Source of the DNA: Candidatus Poribacteria bacterium
Lineage (GTDB): Bacteria > Poribacteria > WGA-4E > WGA-3G
DNA: 64,000 nt
Direction: 5' to 3'
NCBI GenBank assembly: GCA_963663765.2
Contig: CAXXUA010000013.1
Coordinates: forward strand, 576,001-640,000
Shown: positions 40,101-49,600 of the stretch, piece by piece
Layout of the letters: the number at the start of each line of letters is the position of its first letter
Position numbering within the stretch: the first letter of the stretch is position 1
The notes under the pieces: model-generated
Seen by the model: the letters and a program-made list of their open reading frames with translations, nothing else
Databases searched by the model: none
What the model was told of the DNA's origin: nothing
Translations under genes and position numbers: made by a program

Positions 40101-40554
40101 GACTGATGGGAATACTCATAGTGAACGGTGCGCCTGTCGCGACAACGGCTTTAATCTGATCCTCTCCAACTTTTTCCAATAAGATGGTAATTTGCATAGG
40201 ATCAACAGTGTTCCCACCTAATCGCAGAGTTGTTAGTGCCGTGAGTCCTTCAAAGATTTTATCCGGCAGACTGCTCAGTTCGTTGCCATATAAGTTCAGG
40301 TTAGTCAGACCAGTCATCCCAGAAAAATCACCCGATTTTAGTGCTGTAATACCTTTGGAACGTAAGTTTAGATTTGTGATTGCGGAAAGTTGTGCATCGG
40401 TCACATCCGCTGCGGAATTGACGCCCGCGGCAGTCACGATGGCATCACGCACTTCTGTTGTGCGATCAACCACCGGAGTGATTTCCGCAAAACTTGTTAT
40501 TTGTAGACCGAAAATCAATAAAACTGAGAACAAAACAGGTACTCTTTGCATCAT
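28123..40554 (-). CDS. Giant secreted LRR/cadherin protein B (~4,140 aa)
   Basis: Same leader and stalk as A (starts are 12,510 bp apart); ~24 cadherin-like repeats; three divergent LRR modules separated by cadherins; C-terminal domain ending KMLILK. Confidence 0.9.
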   Translation of the reverse strand: MMQRVPVLFSVLLIFGLQITSFAEITPVVDRTTEVRDAIVTAAGVNSAADVTDAQLSAITNLNLRSKGITALKSGDFSGMTGLTNLNLYGNELSSLPDKIFEGLTALTTLRLGGNTVDPMQITILLEKVGEDQIKAVVATGAPFTMSIPISPTNGSISGNTTSLTISKGAVESTAVTVTRAAGTTAAVTANIGTLSSLPSHHYGYVLSKSDTLPLEVISATSTTPETPVEPETPTQPETPENTAPTFADGNITLRSVSENSAADVNIGNAVAATDTENDTLAYTLSGLNADSFSIDSETGQLKTKNALDYETKRIYIVSVNASDETLTSTISVIIIVIDLDDTPAVSTMLAVSDRTPKVRDAIVAAIPDVSVAADVTDTHLATITSLNLRSAGISELKSGDFSGLTSLTSLNLYGNMLRNLPARIFEDLTSLTSIRLGGNLVAPMPLMVSLQQVSDNEFRAIIPTGAPFDIVLPINEASVANITIPKGSVTSGSFVATTTDVNIGNLPSIPPNHFGYILAKSTVCNRTIQVSDAIVSALQGIEDCRNISETDLATITALDLSSASISALQADDFEGLLSLSTLNLSNNQLQSLPDGVFEGLSSLTSLDLSGNTVDPLSLNMTILKVGENQIKVVISTGAPFDIVLPITVANGSLNNNATSITIPRGSIASQPLMVNRTPDIYAAVTVDFGTLPNLPTNHIGYALAKSNELPLEIYSAVNTPPVFTEGINTTRSIAENTDAGSDIGSAVTATDANNDTLTYTVSGTDAASFSINSTSGQLQTKVALDYETKDSYSVTITVSDGSLTDSIDVTINITDIVETPTTDETTDGEDTDPPNNAPVFTEGSTTTRTVAENTGSGVNIGNPVSATDADDDTLTYILGGSDATSFSIVSTNGQLRTNTALDYETRTSYSVIITVSDDNDGSDTITVTINVSDVEEALNTAPIFTEGETASRSVAENTGSGVDIGSAVSATDEDNDNLTYSLSGSDASSFSIGSANGQLRTNAALDYETKSSYSVTITVSDGKGGSDTINITINITDVDETTNTAPVFTDGSTTTRSVDENTGSGVDIGTAVSAMDADDDTLSYSLSGTDATSFSIDSSSGQLRTSAALDYETKSSYSVTINVSDGKGGSDTIAVTINVTDVDEATNTAPVFTDGSTTTRSIDENTGSGVDIGSAVSATDVDNDTLTYSLGGTDAASFSIGSTNGQLRTSTALDYETKSSYSVTITVSDRKGGSDTIAVTINITDVDEATNTAPVFTEGETASRSVAENTGSGVDIGSAVSATDEDNDTLTYSLGGTDASSFSIGSTNGQLRTSAALDYETKSSYSVTINVSDGKGGSDTIGVTINVTDVDEATNTAPTFTDGSTTTRSVDENTKSGVDISTAVSATDADDDTLSYSLSGTDATSFSIDSSSGQLRTSAALDYETKDSYSVTITVSDGNGGSASITVTINVNDIDESPVNNAPVFTNGSSTTRTIAENTASNVNIGSVVSATDADDDTLSYRMSGADAASFSIDSSSGQLRTSAALDYETKSSYSVTITVSDDQGGSSSISVTINITNVNEAPVFTAGTSTTRTIAENAGSGINIGSAVSATDVDSTTLTYTLGGTNGASFDIESTTGQLKTKAALDYETKTSYSVTITVSDGSLTDSIAVTINVRDLDETPSNIAPVFTDGDEATRTIAENTAADANIGTAIAATDEDSENLAYLLSGTDASSFAIDGDTGQLKTSAALNYETKTSYEVIVTVSDGTLEDEITVTINVTNVNEAPVFNDGDSITRQVAENTAAGTNLGNVITATDPDAEDTITYSLGGTDAASFDIVSTSGQLKTKAALDYETKNSYTVTVIATDTGDATDTITVTINVTDVDENRAPVFTDGESAERSIAENTGSGVNIGAAVAATDPDTDDTLEYSLGGTDRSSFSLGSTNGQLRTKAALDYETKNAYSVTVSVSDGNGGTDSITVTIKVTDVDENRAPVFTDGESAERSIAENTGAGVNIGTAITATDADDDTLEYSLGGTDAASFEIGSTNGQIRTKAALDYETKNAYSVTVSVSDGNGGTDSITVTIKVTDVDENSAPVFTDGESTERSIAENTLSGVDIGDAVAATDADDDTLDYSLGGTDAASFSINSTSGQIRTNAALDYETKSTYSVTVSVSDGNGGTDSITVTIKVTDVDENTAPVFTDGESTERSIAENTLSGVDIGDAVAATDADDDTLEYSLGGTDAASFSINSTSGQIRTNVALDYETKNTYSVTVSVSDGNGGSDSIAVTIKVTDVDENSNPSFGTAENVTLNVNENTGTGIDIGDKVEATDPDTDDTLEYSLGGTDASSFSIDSTSGQIRTNAALDYETKNTYSVTVSVSDGNGGTDSIPVTINVNDVNENNDPSFGTAESITLNVNENTGTGIDIGDKVEATDPDTDDTLEYSLGGTDAASFSIDSTNGQLRTNAALDHETKDTYSVTVSVSDGNGGTDSIPVTINVTDVNEAPTFTESSPTTRSIAEHTASGQNIGSAVSATDPEGDTLEYTLEGTDASSFSIVSTSGQLQTNAALDYETTTSYSVTVKVTDDTLTNTIAVTINVTDVNENTAPSFSESSFSYRISDIANASVGDSIGDKVTATDADEDTLSYSLGGDDAALFDIDSSSGQLKITQSLIDHTSSAYSIKVIATDPDSATAEISGTIFVTRVSQQVTNNPPVFDDGESTTRSVAENTASGQNIGEPVAATDDDTDDTLTYTLEGTDAASFSIVSTSGQLQTSVTLNYETKTSYSVTVKVTDDSGASNDSDTIAVTINVNDVDEVINNPPIFADDSTTLSIPENTPSGENIGSPITATDDDEGDTLTYSLEGTDASSLSIVSTSGQLQTRTALDYETKNFYSVTVKVTDDSGASNNSDTIAVAINVTDVNEGITPVADRTPAVRDAIVALVDGIDNAEDVTEGHLAAITGQLSLYYERLSALKPGDFDGLTSVTELQLNFNRISSIPSGIFDDLTSLERLEFSGLGSQNQLLTILPPGVFDNLTNLVKLNLSYQSLSSLPAGFFENLTNLTILNLYANNFSSIPAGMFVNLTNLQKLYLEANPVDPLPLPIILVAGENGQIKAFAQTGAPFDITVPISVTNGSIDGGATGVTIPIGSTDSETITITRTPGTTENVIASIGTLPSIPNDSRDGRSEHNGYAFTKGEAIDVFRTENSAPVFDDGLIVDLSIAERTRSFVNIGDPISATDADDDILTYTLGGSDAASFNIDGATGQLLTKAVLDYETKSSYSVTITVSDNFGGSASIDVAITITDLDETPPTVPLSARSEKVQQYLIGLIPDASTASDVLKIHLDSITSINMRANNITSLDPDDFKGLSALRSIDLSLNNLTSLPPGIFEGLGNVRSLDLEWNEFESFTPGMLDGLTGLTLLVLEKNYVGTLPPGLFDQLTNLRELRMGYMRLTSLPLNIFDNLTDLRDINFSENRLTSLPSRLFQGTDSLFDLNLFNNRISSVETGLFDNCPFLSKLLLENNRIESLPDGFLKGNGGLFALTLSDNPGAPFDFTIGLEQGVDGASGHFAKVKAVIPIGAPDLLYVRVNITNGIFLDSNNNHLLRENDKSIYLKIHRGAVESREYQLQRLPADSTNNNSVTVSITSLPTEGQYDTGYKYVRGVGRLVVIKSGDNIAPEFTEEESTSRSISEAVNSGINIGGPVEATDSDGDPLTYSLSGTDASSFSIDSKTGQLITSATLDYDTKNSYSVTVSVSDGYEGTDSIAVTINITEFDDSVPDVALSSRTTKVSDAIVDAIEGVTSASDVKNGHFINVTELDLSSASISSLNADDFDGLTHLTRLSLEYNSLTSLPSDIFDGLSALTYLNLQNNDLTSLPDSIFSGLSSLETLDLAGNSISSVQGDLLSGLSSLSELLLNHNKLSSLPDGFFGIGKKIDTVNLSWNTVRPLKILVSLSYVAEGQVKIVCPIGSPLLIMPNVVISPGGDAIDSETHNGLGWDAHILNPGDTESDILDIERSEGSNNAVTVTFPLITFDRNDAHSGYEYDIDESNQPMSVLPLSIPLAPTIDIPPIPEETALFSNYPNPFNPETWIPYQLSEAGNVSLTIYDMRGVVIRKLDLGHKTAGYYTDRKRAAYWDGRNANGEKVAAGVYFTTFKANDFTATRKMLILK

Positions 40555-40639
40555 AAATTTCCTTTCATCAATCAAGATACTTTCATTAAATCTTGTTGTA
40601 AATGTAAGACTGGAAGACACCAAAGTTCAATTTTGTTGT

Positions 40640-43600
40640 CTATTTCAGTATTAACATTTTCCGCGTTGCTGTAAAATCGTTTGCCTTGAATGTGGTGAAA
40701 TATACACCTGCTGCGACTTTCTCACCGTTTGCGTTTCTACCATCCCAATATGCAGCACGTTTGCGGTCAGTATAATATCCAGCGGTTTTATGTCCCAAAT
40801 CCAACTTCCGAATGACGACACCACGCATATCGTAGATCGTCAAGGAAACATCGCCTGCTTCAGATAACTGGTAGGGTATCCATGTTTCTGGATTGAAGGG
40901 ATTGGGATAGTTTGAAAGTAGTGCCGTCTCATCTGGTATGAGTTGGGTGTTGGTCGGGGCACCACTAACTTCAGGAATAAGTTCCAATGGTAGGTTAGCA
41001 TTATTTATGTCTAAATAATATCCATGATTATCTAAAGATCTTTCGTAAAAAACAATGTCAATAGTGACGGTAACAGCATCAGTTGTATCATCCAATCGTA
41101 CCACACTTAAAGCATCGGTTTCTGCTTCACCAACTGGTATTCTTATTTGAGGTCTTCTATTGTCTAAAGTGACTATGTATCCATATTCTTGGTCTGGATG
41201 CACTTTACCATTACTGATTGGGACATTAATACGGTTATTATTAATTGGCATACCTGTCGGACAAACAACCTTGAACTGTCCTTCTGCGACTTTTTCCAGT
41301 CCCACCTTGATGGGGACACTGTCTGGTTGCGGATCTTCACCTTGAAAACCACATTGAAATAGAGTTAGTTCTGTGAGACCTACAAATATGCCATCGGGGA
41401 ATGAGGTTAAGTTGTTCCTGTTCAAAAAAAGTTTGGTTAAGTTGGTTAATTCACTAAATAAACCTGACGGTAGAGAACTGATATTATTATTTTCCAGAAC
41501 AAGTGTTGTCAGCTTCGAGTTATTGTCAAAGATATTACCTGGTAAGGAAGTCAAACTGTTATATCTTAAAGATAGGGATGTTAAATTCGTCAATTCTTCA
41601 AATATATCAGCAGACAAAGTTGTCAATTCATTACCTTCTAAAGATAGTGTTTCTAAATTCGTTAGTTCGTCAAAAACATCAGAATTTAAGGAACTAATAG
41701 AATTATATGACAAACCGAGGTATTCTAATTGTGTGTTATTGTCAAATACATCATCTGGTAATGAAGTAATTCCGTTTGAACCAATGGCAAGGGTTTTCAA
41801 CAATGTGAGTTCATCAAATATTCCATCTGGTAATGATGTGGTACCGTTAGAATAGTAGAGTAGTTTAATGAGTGAAATGGTATTATCAAACAATCCATCT
41901 GGCAAGGTAGATATATTATGATCATACATTTCAAGATTTTCCAGAGAAGTGAGGTCGTCAAAAATCCCAGCTCTAAGTGATGTTAATTGATTGGTTGTTT
42001 CAGATGCGAAAGTGGCTAAGTAAAGCGTTTTGAGGGATGTAAGTCCGTCAAAAACACCACCCGATAGGGTCGTGAACTCATTCAGATTCAAGTCAAGTAA
42101 TTCCAATGATGTGAGTTGGTCAAAGATCCCGTCTGGTAATGAAGTCAGTCCATTGTATCCAAGCTCAAGTTTTGTCAGTGATGTGAGACTATCAAATATA
42201 CCGTCAGGCAGTGTTGTAAAAGCGTTTTCGTCGTCATGAAAGAAGTTATTAAATGATAAATCAAGCTCGGTTAGTGAAGTAAGACCGTCAAAGATATCAA
42301 CAGGTAACGAACTGAATTTATTACTGCTTATATTTAATAATGTTAAACCCGTGAGTCCATCAAAATCACCTGATATTAGACCTGTTAAGTTCTTATTTCT
42401 AATATCCAATGTAGTGATTGCAGCAAGCTGTGATTCTGTCACATTTTCAGCTGCATCTACACCTTCAATAGCATCTACAATCGCATCTCGAACCGCACCT
42501 GTACGGTTACTGACAGGTGTAATGGAGTCTGATTCTGTTACGTCATTTACATTGATTGTAACAGCAATCGTATCACTTTCATTACTTGCACCACTATCAT
42601 CAGTGACCTTTACAGTCACCGAATAGGAAGTCTTTGTCTCATAGTCCAACGTTACTCTGGTTTGCAGCTGTCCACTTGTGCTAACAATACTGAACGATGA
42701 TGCATCTGTGCCTTCAAGTGTATAGGTCAATGTGTCATCAGTATCATCGTCTGTAGCAGCGACAGGTTCACCGATATTTTGTCCTGATGCGGTATTTTCT
42801 GCGACGGATCGCGTTGTGCTTTCACCATCATCAAATACGGGTGGGTTGTTTGTGTTCTGCTGTGAGACACGGGTAACAAATATCGTTCCTGAAATTTCAG
42901 CAGTTGCACTATCAGGATCCGTAGCAATCACCTTGATTGAATAAGCGGAACTGGTATGATCAATAAGAGACTGTGTGATTTTCAGTTGTCCAGAACTGCT
43001 ATCAATATCAAACTTAGCTGCATCATCACCCCCGAGACTGTAGGATAACGTATCCTCATCAGCGTCGGTCGCAGTAACCTTATCACCGATGCTATCGCCT
43101 ACAGAAGCGTTTGCAATGTCTGATATTCTGTATGCGAAACTACTTTCTGAAAATGAGGGTGCGGTGTTCTCACTGACATCTGTAACGTTGATGGTTACGG
43201 CAATTGTGTTGGTCAAGGAATCATCAGTTACTTTGACCGTTACGGAATATGAAGTTGTTGTTTCATAATCTAATGCAGCGTTTGTTTGGAGCTGTCCACT
43301 CGTGCTGACAATAGAAAATGATGATGCATCTGTGCCTTCAAGTGTGTATTCTAAGGTGTCACCTTCGGGGTCTGTCGCGGAAACTGCACTGCCGATATTC
43401 TGTGCAGAAGCAGTATGTTCTGCTATAGACCGGGTGGTTGGTGAAGCCTCTGTGAACGATGGTGCTTCGTTGACATCCGTAACATTGATGGTGACAGCGA
43501 TAGAATCTGTTCCACCATTTCCATCGGAGACCGATACCGTCACGGAATATGTGTCTTTGGTTTCATAGTCCAGTGCAGCATTTGTTCTTATCTGTCCAGA

Positions 43601-46600
43601 TGTGCTGTCAATACTGAAAGAGCTTGCATCTGTTCCACCGAGTGAGTATTCCAGTGTATCATCGGTATCGGGGTCGGTTGCTTCCACTTTATCTCCGATG
43701 TCAATACCGGTACCTGTATTTTCATTTACATTTAGGGTCACGCTTTCAGCCGTGCCAAACGAAGGGTTGCGGTTCTCATCAACATCGGTGACTTTGATGG
43801 TGACAGCGATTGAATCTGATCCACCATTGCCATCAGACACAGATACGGTTACGGAATATGTGCTTTTTGTTTCATAGTCGAGTGCAGCTTTTGTTCTGAG
43901 TTGTCCGTTTGTGCTGCCGATTTCAAATGAAGCGGCATCTGTGCCACCGAGTGAATATTCCAGTGTATCGTCGGTGTCAGGGTCAGTAGCGGCTACTGCT
44001 GTGCCGATGTTGACACCTGAACCCGTATTTTCAGCGATGGATCGTTCCGTGCTTTCACCATCTGTGAAAACAGGTGCGGTGTTCTCATCAACATCGGTGA
44101 CTTTGATGGCAACGGTAATGGAATCCGTTCCATCATTTCCATCCGAGACAGATACCGTCACGGAATATGTGTTTTTGGTTTCATAGTCGAGCGCAGCATT
44201 TGTTCTTATTTGTCCAGATGTGCTATTAATACTAAAGGAAGCCGCGTCTGTGCCGCCAAGACTGTAGTCTAATGTGTCATCATCCGCATCTGTAGCAGCG
44301 ACAGCATCACCGATATCTACACCTGAGAGTGTATTTTCAGCGATGGATCGTTCCGTGCTTTCACCATCTGTGAATACAGGTGCGGTGTTCTCATCAACAT
44401 CGGTGACTTTGATGGTAACGGTAATGGAATCCTTTCCATCATTTCCATCCGAGACAGAAACGGTTACGGAATATGTGTTTTTTGTTTCATAGTCCAGGGC
44501 AGCATTTGTTCTGATTTGTCCGTTTGTGCTGCCAATGTCAAATGAAGCGGCATCTGTGCCACCAAGACTGTAATTCAATGTGTCATCATCTGCATCTGTA
44601 GCGGTTATTGCTGTGCCGATGTTGACACCAGCCCCCGTGTTTTCAGCGATGGATCGTTCCGTGCTTTCACCATCTGTGAAAACAGGTGCTCGGTTCTCAT
44701 CAACATCGGTGACTTTGATGGTAACGGTAATGGAATCCGTTCCACCATTTCCATCAGAGACAGATACCGTAACAGAATATGCGTTTTTTGTTTCATAGTC
44801 CAGGGCAGTTTTTGTTCTGAGTTGTCCGTTTGTGCTGCCAATGTCAAATGAAGCGGCATCTGTCCCACCAAGACTGTAGTTCAATGTGTCATCATCTGCA
44901 TCTGTAGCGGAGACAGCATTTCCGATGTTGACACCAGCCCCCGTGTTTTCAGCGATGGATCGTTCCGCGCTTTCGCCATCTGTGAATACAGGTGCTCGGT
45001 TCTCGTCTACATCTGTAACATTGATGGTGACAGTGATTGTATCGGTGGTATCACCTGTGTCGGTCGCTATAACTGTAACTGTATATGAATTTTTAGTTTC
45101 GTAATCAAGAGCTGCTTTTGTTTTTAATTGTCCAGAAGTGCTAACAATGTTGAACGATGCAGCATCCGTGCCACCGAGACTGTAGGTTATGGTGTCCTCA
45201 GCGTCAGGATCTGTTGCAGTTATGACGTTACCTAAGTTTGTGCCAGCAGCAGTATTCTCAGCGACTTGACGTGTAATGGAGTCCCCATCGTTAAATACTG
45301 GTGCTTCGTTGACGTTTGTAACATTGATCGTGACGTTGATCTCATCTTCAAGCGTGCCATCAGAGACAGTAACTATTACCTCATAAGAAGTCTTCGTTTC
45401 ATAGTTTAGTGCCGTGCTGGTTTTCAACTGACCTGTGTCACCATCAATAGCAAATGAGGAGGCATCAGTGCCACTGAGTAGATATGCAAGATTTTCACTA
45501 TCCGCATCAGTCGCAGCAATTGCAGTGCCGATGTTGGTATTCGCTGCAGTATTCTCTGCAATTGTCCGTGTTGCTTCGTCACCATCAGTGAACACAGGTG
45601 CGACGTTTGAAGGTGTCTCGTCTAAATCCCTGACATTGATTGTCACCGCAATGGAATCCGTTAGACTGCCATCTGATACCGTAATGGTTACAGAATAGGA
45701 TGTTTTTGTTTCATAATCAAGTGCAGCCTTTGTTTTCAATTGTCCGGTTCTGGATTCAATGTCAAATGATGCACCGTTCGTGCCACCGAGGGTGTAAGTT
45801 AATGTCGTGCTGTCAACATCCGTTGCTGACACAGCACTGCCGATGTTGATGCCAGAACCTGCATTTTCTGCGATTGTGCGGGTTGTGCTGGTGCCAGCAG
45901 TAAAAATAGGTGCTTCGTTGACATTCGTAACGTTAATCGTTACGTTGATGCTGGAACTGCCACCTTGATCATCTGAGACAGTGATGGTGACTGAATATGA
46001 AGATTTTGTTTCGTAATCCAGTGCTGTACTCGTTCGGAGTTGACCTGAACTACTATCAATACTAAAGGAAGCGGCATCTATGCCACTGATCCTGTAAGAT
46101 AACGTATCATCATCAGCGTCTGTTGCAGCGACAGCGCTGCCGACGTTCACATTAGATGCAGTATTTTCAGCAATGGTACGTGTTGTGCTACTGCCATTTG
46201 TGAAGACGGGTGCGTTGTTGGCAGGACTTTCGTCGATATCGTTGACATTAATTGTGACCGTGATACTTGCACTCCCACCATTCCCATCTGAGACAGTGAT
46301 TGTGACTGAATAGGAATCTTTCGTTTCATAATCCAATGCTGCACTCGTTCGGAGTTGACCTGAACTACTATCAATACTAAAGGAAGCGGCATCTGTTCCA
46401 CTCAGACTGTAGGACAACGTGTCATTGTCAGCATCCGTCGCAGAAACAGCACTGCTAATATCTACACCAGATTTGGTATTCTCATCTACGGTGCGCGTTG
46501 TGCTTGTCCCATCTGTGAATGTAGGTGCTGTGTTCGTCGCTTCATCAACATCCGTAACATTGATAGTGATGTTTATAGTATCACTTCCTCCCTTTCCATC

Positions 46601-49600
46601 GGAGACGTTGATGGTGACTGAATAGGAAGATTTTGTTTCATAGTCAAGTGCTGCACTTGTTCGCAATTGTCCGTTTGTGCTTCCAATACTAAATGAGGAT
46701 GCATCTGAGCCACTTAGACTATAAGTTAAAGTGTCGTTGTCCTCATCTGTCGCAGAAACAGCGCTGCCAATGTCTACACCGGAACCCGTATTCTCTGCGA
46801 CTGAACGGGATGCAGTCTCACCTTCTGTGAAGACAGGTGCTGTGTTCGTCGCTTCATCAACATCCGTGATGTTGATAGTGACAGCAATAGTATCACTTCC
46901 GCCTTTTCTATCTGAGACAGTGATAGTGACTGAATAGGATGACTTTGTTTCATAGTCAAGTGCTGTGCTTGTTCGCAATTGTCCGTTTGTGCTTCCAATA
47001 CTAAATGAGGATGCATCTGAGCCACTTAGACTATAAGTTAAAGTGTCGTTGTCCTCATCTGTCGCAGAAACAGCGCTGCCAATGTCTACACCGGAACCCG
47101 TATTCTCTGCGACTGAACGGGATGCAGTCTCACCTTCTGTGAAGACAGGTGCTGTGTTCGTCGCTTCATCAACATCCGTAACATTGATAGTGACACCAAT
47201 AGTATCACTTCCCCCTTTTCCATCGGAGACAGTGATGGTGACTGAATAGGAAGATTTTGTTTCATAGTCAAGTGCTGCACTTGTTCGCAATTGTCCGTTT
47301 GTGCTTCCAATACTAAATGAGGATGCATCTGAGCCACTTAGACTATAAGTTAAAGTGTCGTTGTCCTCATCCGTTGCAGAAACAGCGCTGCCAATGTCTA
47401 CACCGGAACCCGTATTCTCAGCGACTGAACGGGATGCAGTCTCACCTTCTGTAAAGAGCGGTGCCGTATTCACTGCTTCTTCAACATCCGAGACATTTAT
47501 TGTTACGGTTATTGTGTCGCTTCCATCGTTATCATCAGAGACGGTAATAATCACTGAATAGGAGGTCCTTGTTTCATAGTCGAGGGCTGTGTTCGTTCGC
47601 AATTGACCATTTGTGCTACCAATACTGAATGAAGTCGCATCAGAACCACCGAGAATGTATGTTAAAGTATCATCGTCAGCATCTGTTGCTGATACAGGAT
47701 TACCGATATTGACACCAGAACCTGTATTTTCAGCAACTGTTCGTGTAGTGGTGCTACCTTCTGTGAAAACAGGAGCGTTATTCGGGGTATCAGTATCCTC
47801 CACATCCGTAGTGGGTGCTTCTACAACGTCGGTAATGTTGATTGTAACATCAATGCTGTCCGTAAGGCTGCTATCAGAAACAGTGATCGTCACTGAATAG
47901 GAGTCCTTTGTTTCGTAATCAAGCGCGACCTTTGTCTGTAGTTGTCCCGATGTGCTATTTATGCTAAAGGATGCTGCATCGGTGCCAGAAACCGTATAAG
48001 TTAAGGTATCATTGTTAGCATCTGTGGCAGTGACAGCGGAACCAATGTCTGATCCTGCATCAGTATTCTCGGCGATAGAACGGGTTGTATTTATCCCTTC
48101 GGTGAATATAGGTGGTGTATTGACTGCGCTGAAGATTTCCAGAGGTAACTCGTTAGATTCTGCCAAGGCATACCCATTATGGTTCGTCGGTAAATTGGGT
48201 AATGTGCCAAAGTCTACTGTCACCGCATCATAAGTGTCGGGTGTGCGGTTCACCATCAAGGGTTGACTTTCTACGCTGCCTTTCAAAATTGTGATAGTGG
48301 TTGCATTATTATTCAAACTGCCGTTTGCAACAGTGATCGGCAGCACAATATCAAAAGGTGCACCTGTTGATATGACAACTTTGATTTGGTTTTCTCCAAC
48401 TTTTAGAATTGTCATATTCAGGGAAAATGGATCAACTGTATTGCCGCTCAAATCCAGTGATGTCAAAGATGTCAAACCTTCAAAAATCCCATCAGGTAGA
48501 CTTTGTAATTGGTTATTTGATAGATTCAGTGTTGATAGTGACAGTAATCCTTCAAAATCACCCGCTTGGAGCGCACTTATTGAAGCACTGCTAAGATCTA
48601 AGGCAGTAACGGTAGCAAGGTCCGCTTCTGATATGTTCCGGCAATCTTCTATACCTTGTAGCGCGGATACTATTACATCACTAACCTGTATTGTGCGGTT
48701 GCAGACAGTGGATTTAGCAAGGATATATCCGAAATGGTTAGGAGGAAGGCTTGGTAAGTTACCGATATTTACATCTGTCGTTGTCGCAACAAAAGATCCA
48801 CTTGTCACACTTCCTTTCGGTATTGTGATATTAGCGACACTTGCCTCATTGATCGGTAACACAATGTTGAATGGCGCGCCTGTAGGAATGATGGCTCTGA
48901 ACTCATTATCAGACACTTGTTGCAATGACACCATCAACGGCATTGGTGCAACAAGGTTGCCACCTAAACGAATTGAAGTGAGCGAGGTGAGATCTTCAAA
49001 GATACGAACAGGCAGGTTACGCAACATATTTCCATATAGGTTTAAACTTGTTAAACCTGTCAATCCAGAAAAATCACCGCTATTGAGTTCTGAAATACCA
49101 GCAGACCGAAGGTTTAGAGAAGTAATCGTTGCAAGATGCGTATCTGTTACATCTGCTGCTACACTTACATCCGGGATTGCTGCAACGATGGCATCACGCA
49201 CCTTTGGTGTCCGATCACTGACAGCAAGCATCGTTGAAACCGCTGGCGTGTCATCTAAATCAATGACATTAATGATGACAGAAATAGTTGATGTGAGTGT
49301 TTCATCGGAAGCATTGACAGAAACAATATAGATTCGTTTTGTTTCATAGTCTAATGCATTTTTTGTTTTCAGTTGTCCAGTGTCACTATCAATACTAAAA
49401 GAATCTGCGTTTAAACCACTAAGCGTGTATGCTAATGTATCGTTTTCAGTATCAGTTGCAGAAACGGCATTCCCGATATTCACATTAGCCGCCGTGTTTT
49501 CCGACACTGAACGCAAAGTAATATTGCCATCAGCAAAGGTCGGTGCGGTGTTTTCAGGTGTTTCAGGTTGTGTGGGAGTCTCTGGTTCCACTGGTGTTTC

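Noticed and set aside
28045-40623. ORF-track N-terminal extensions of genes A (28113) and B (40623); likewise starts at 7398, 9370 and 14153
   Set aside because: Downstream ATGs are better supported by RBS, signal-peptide position, paralog alignment or promoter position.
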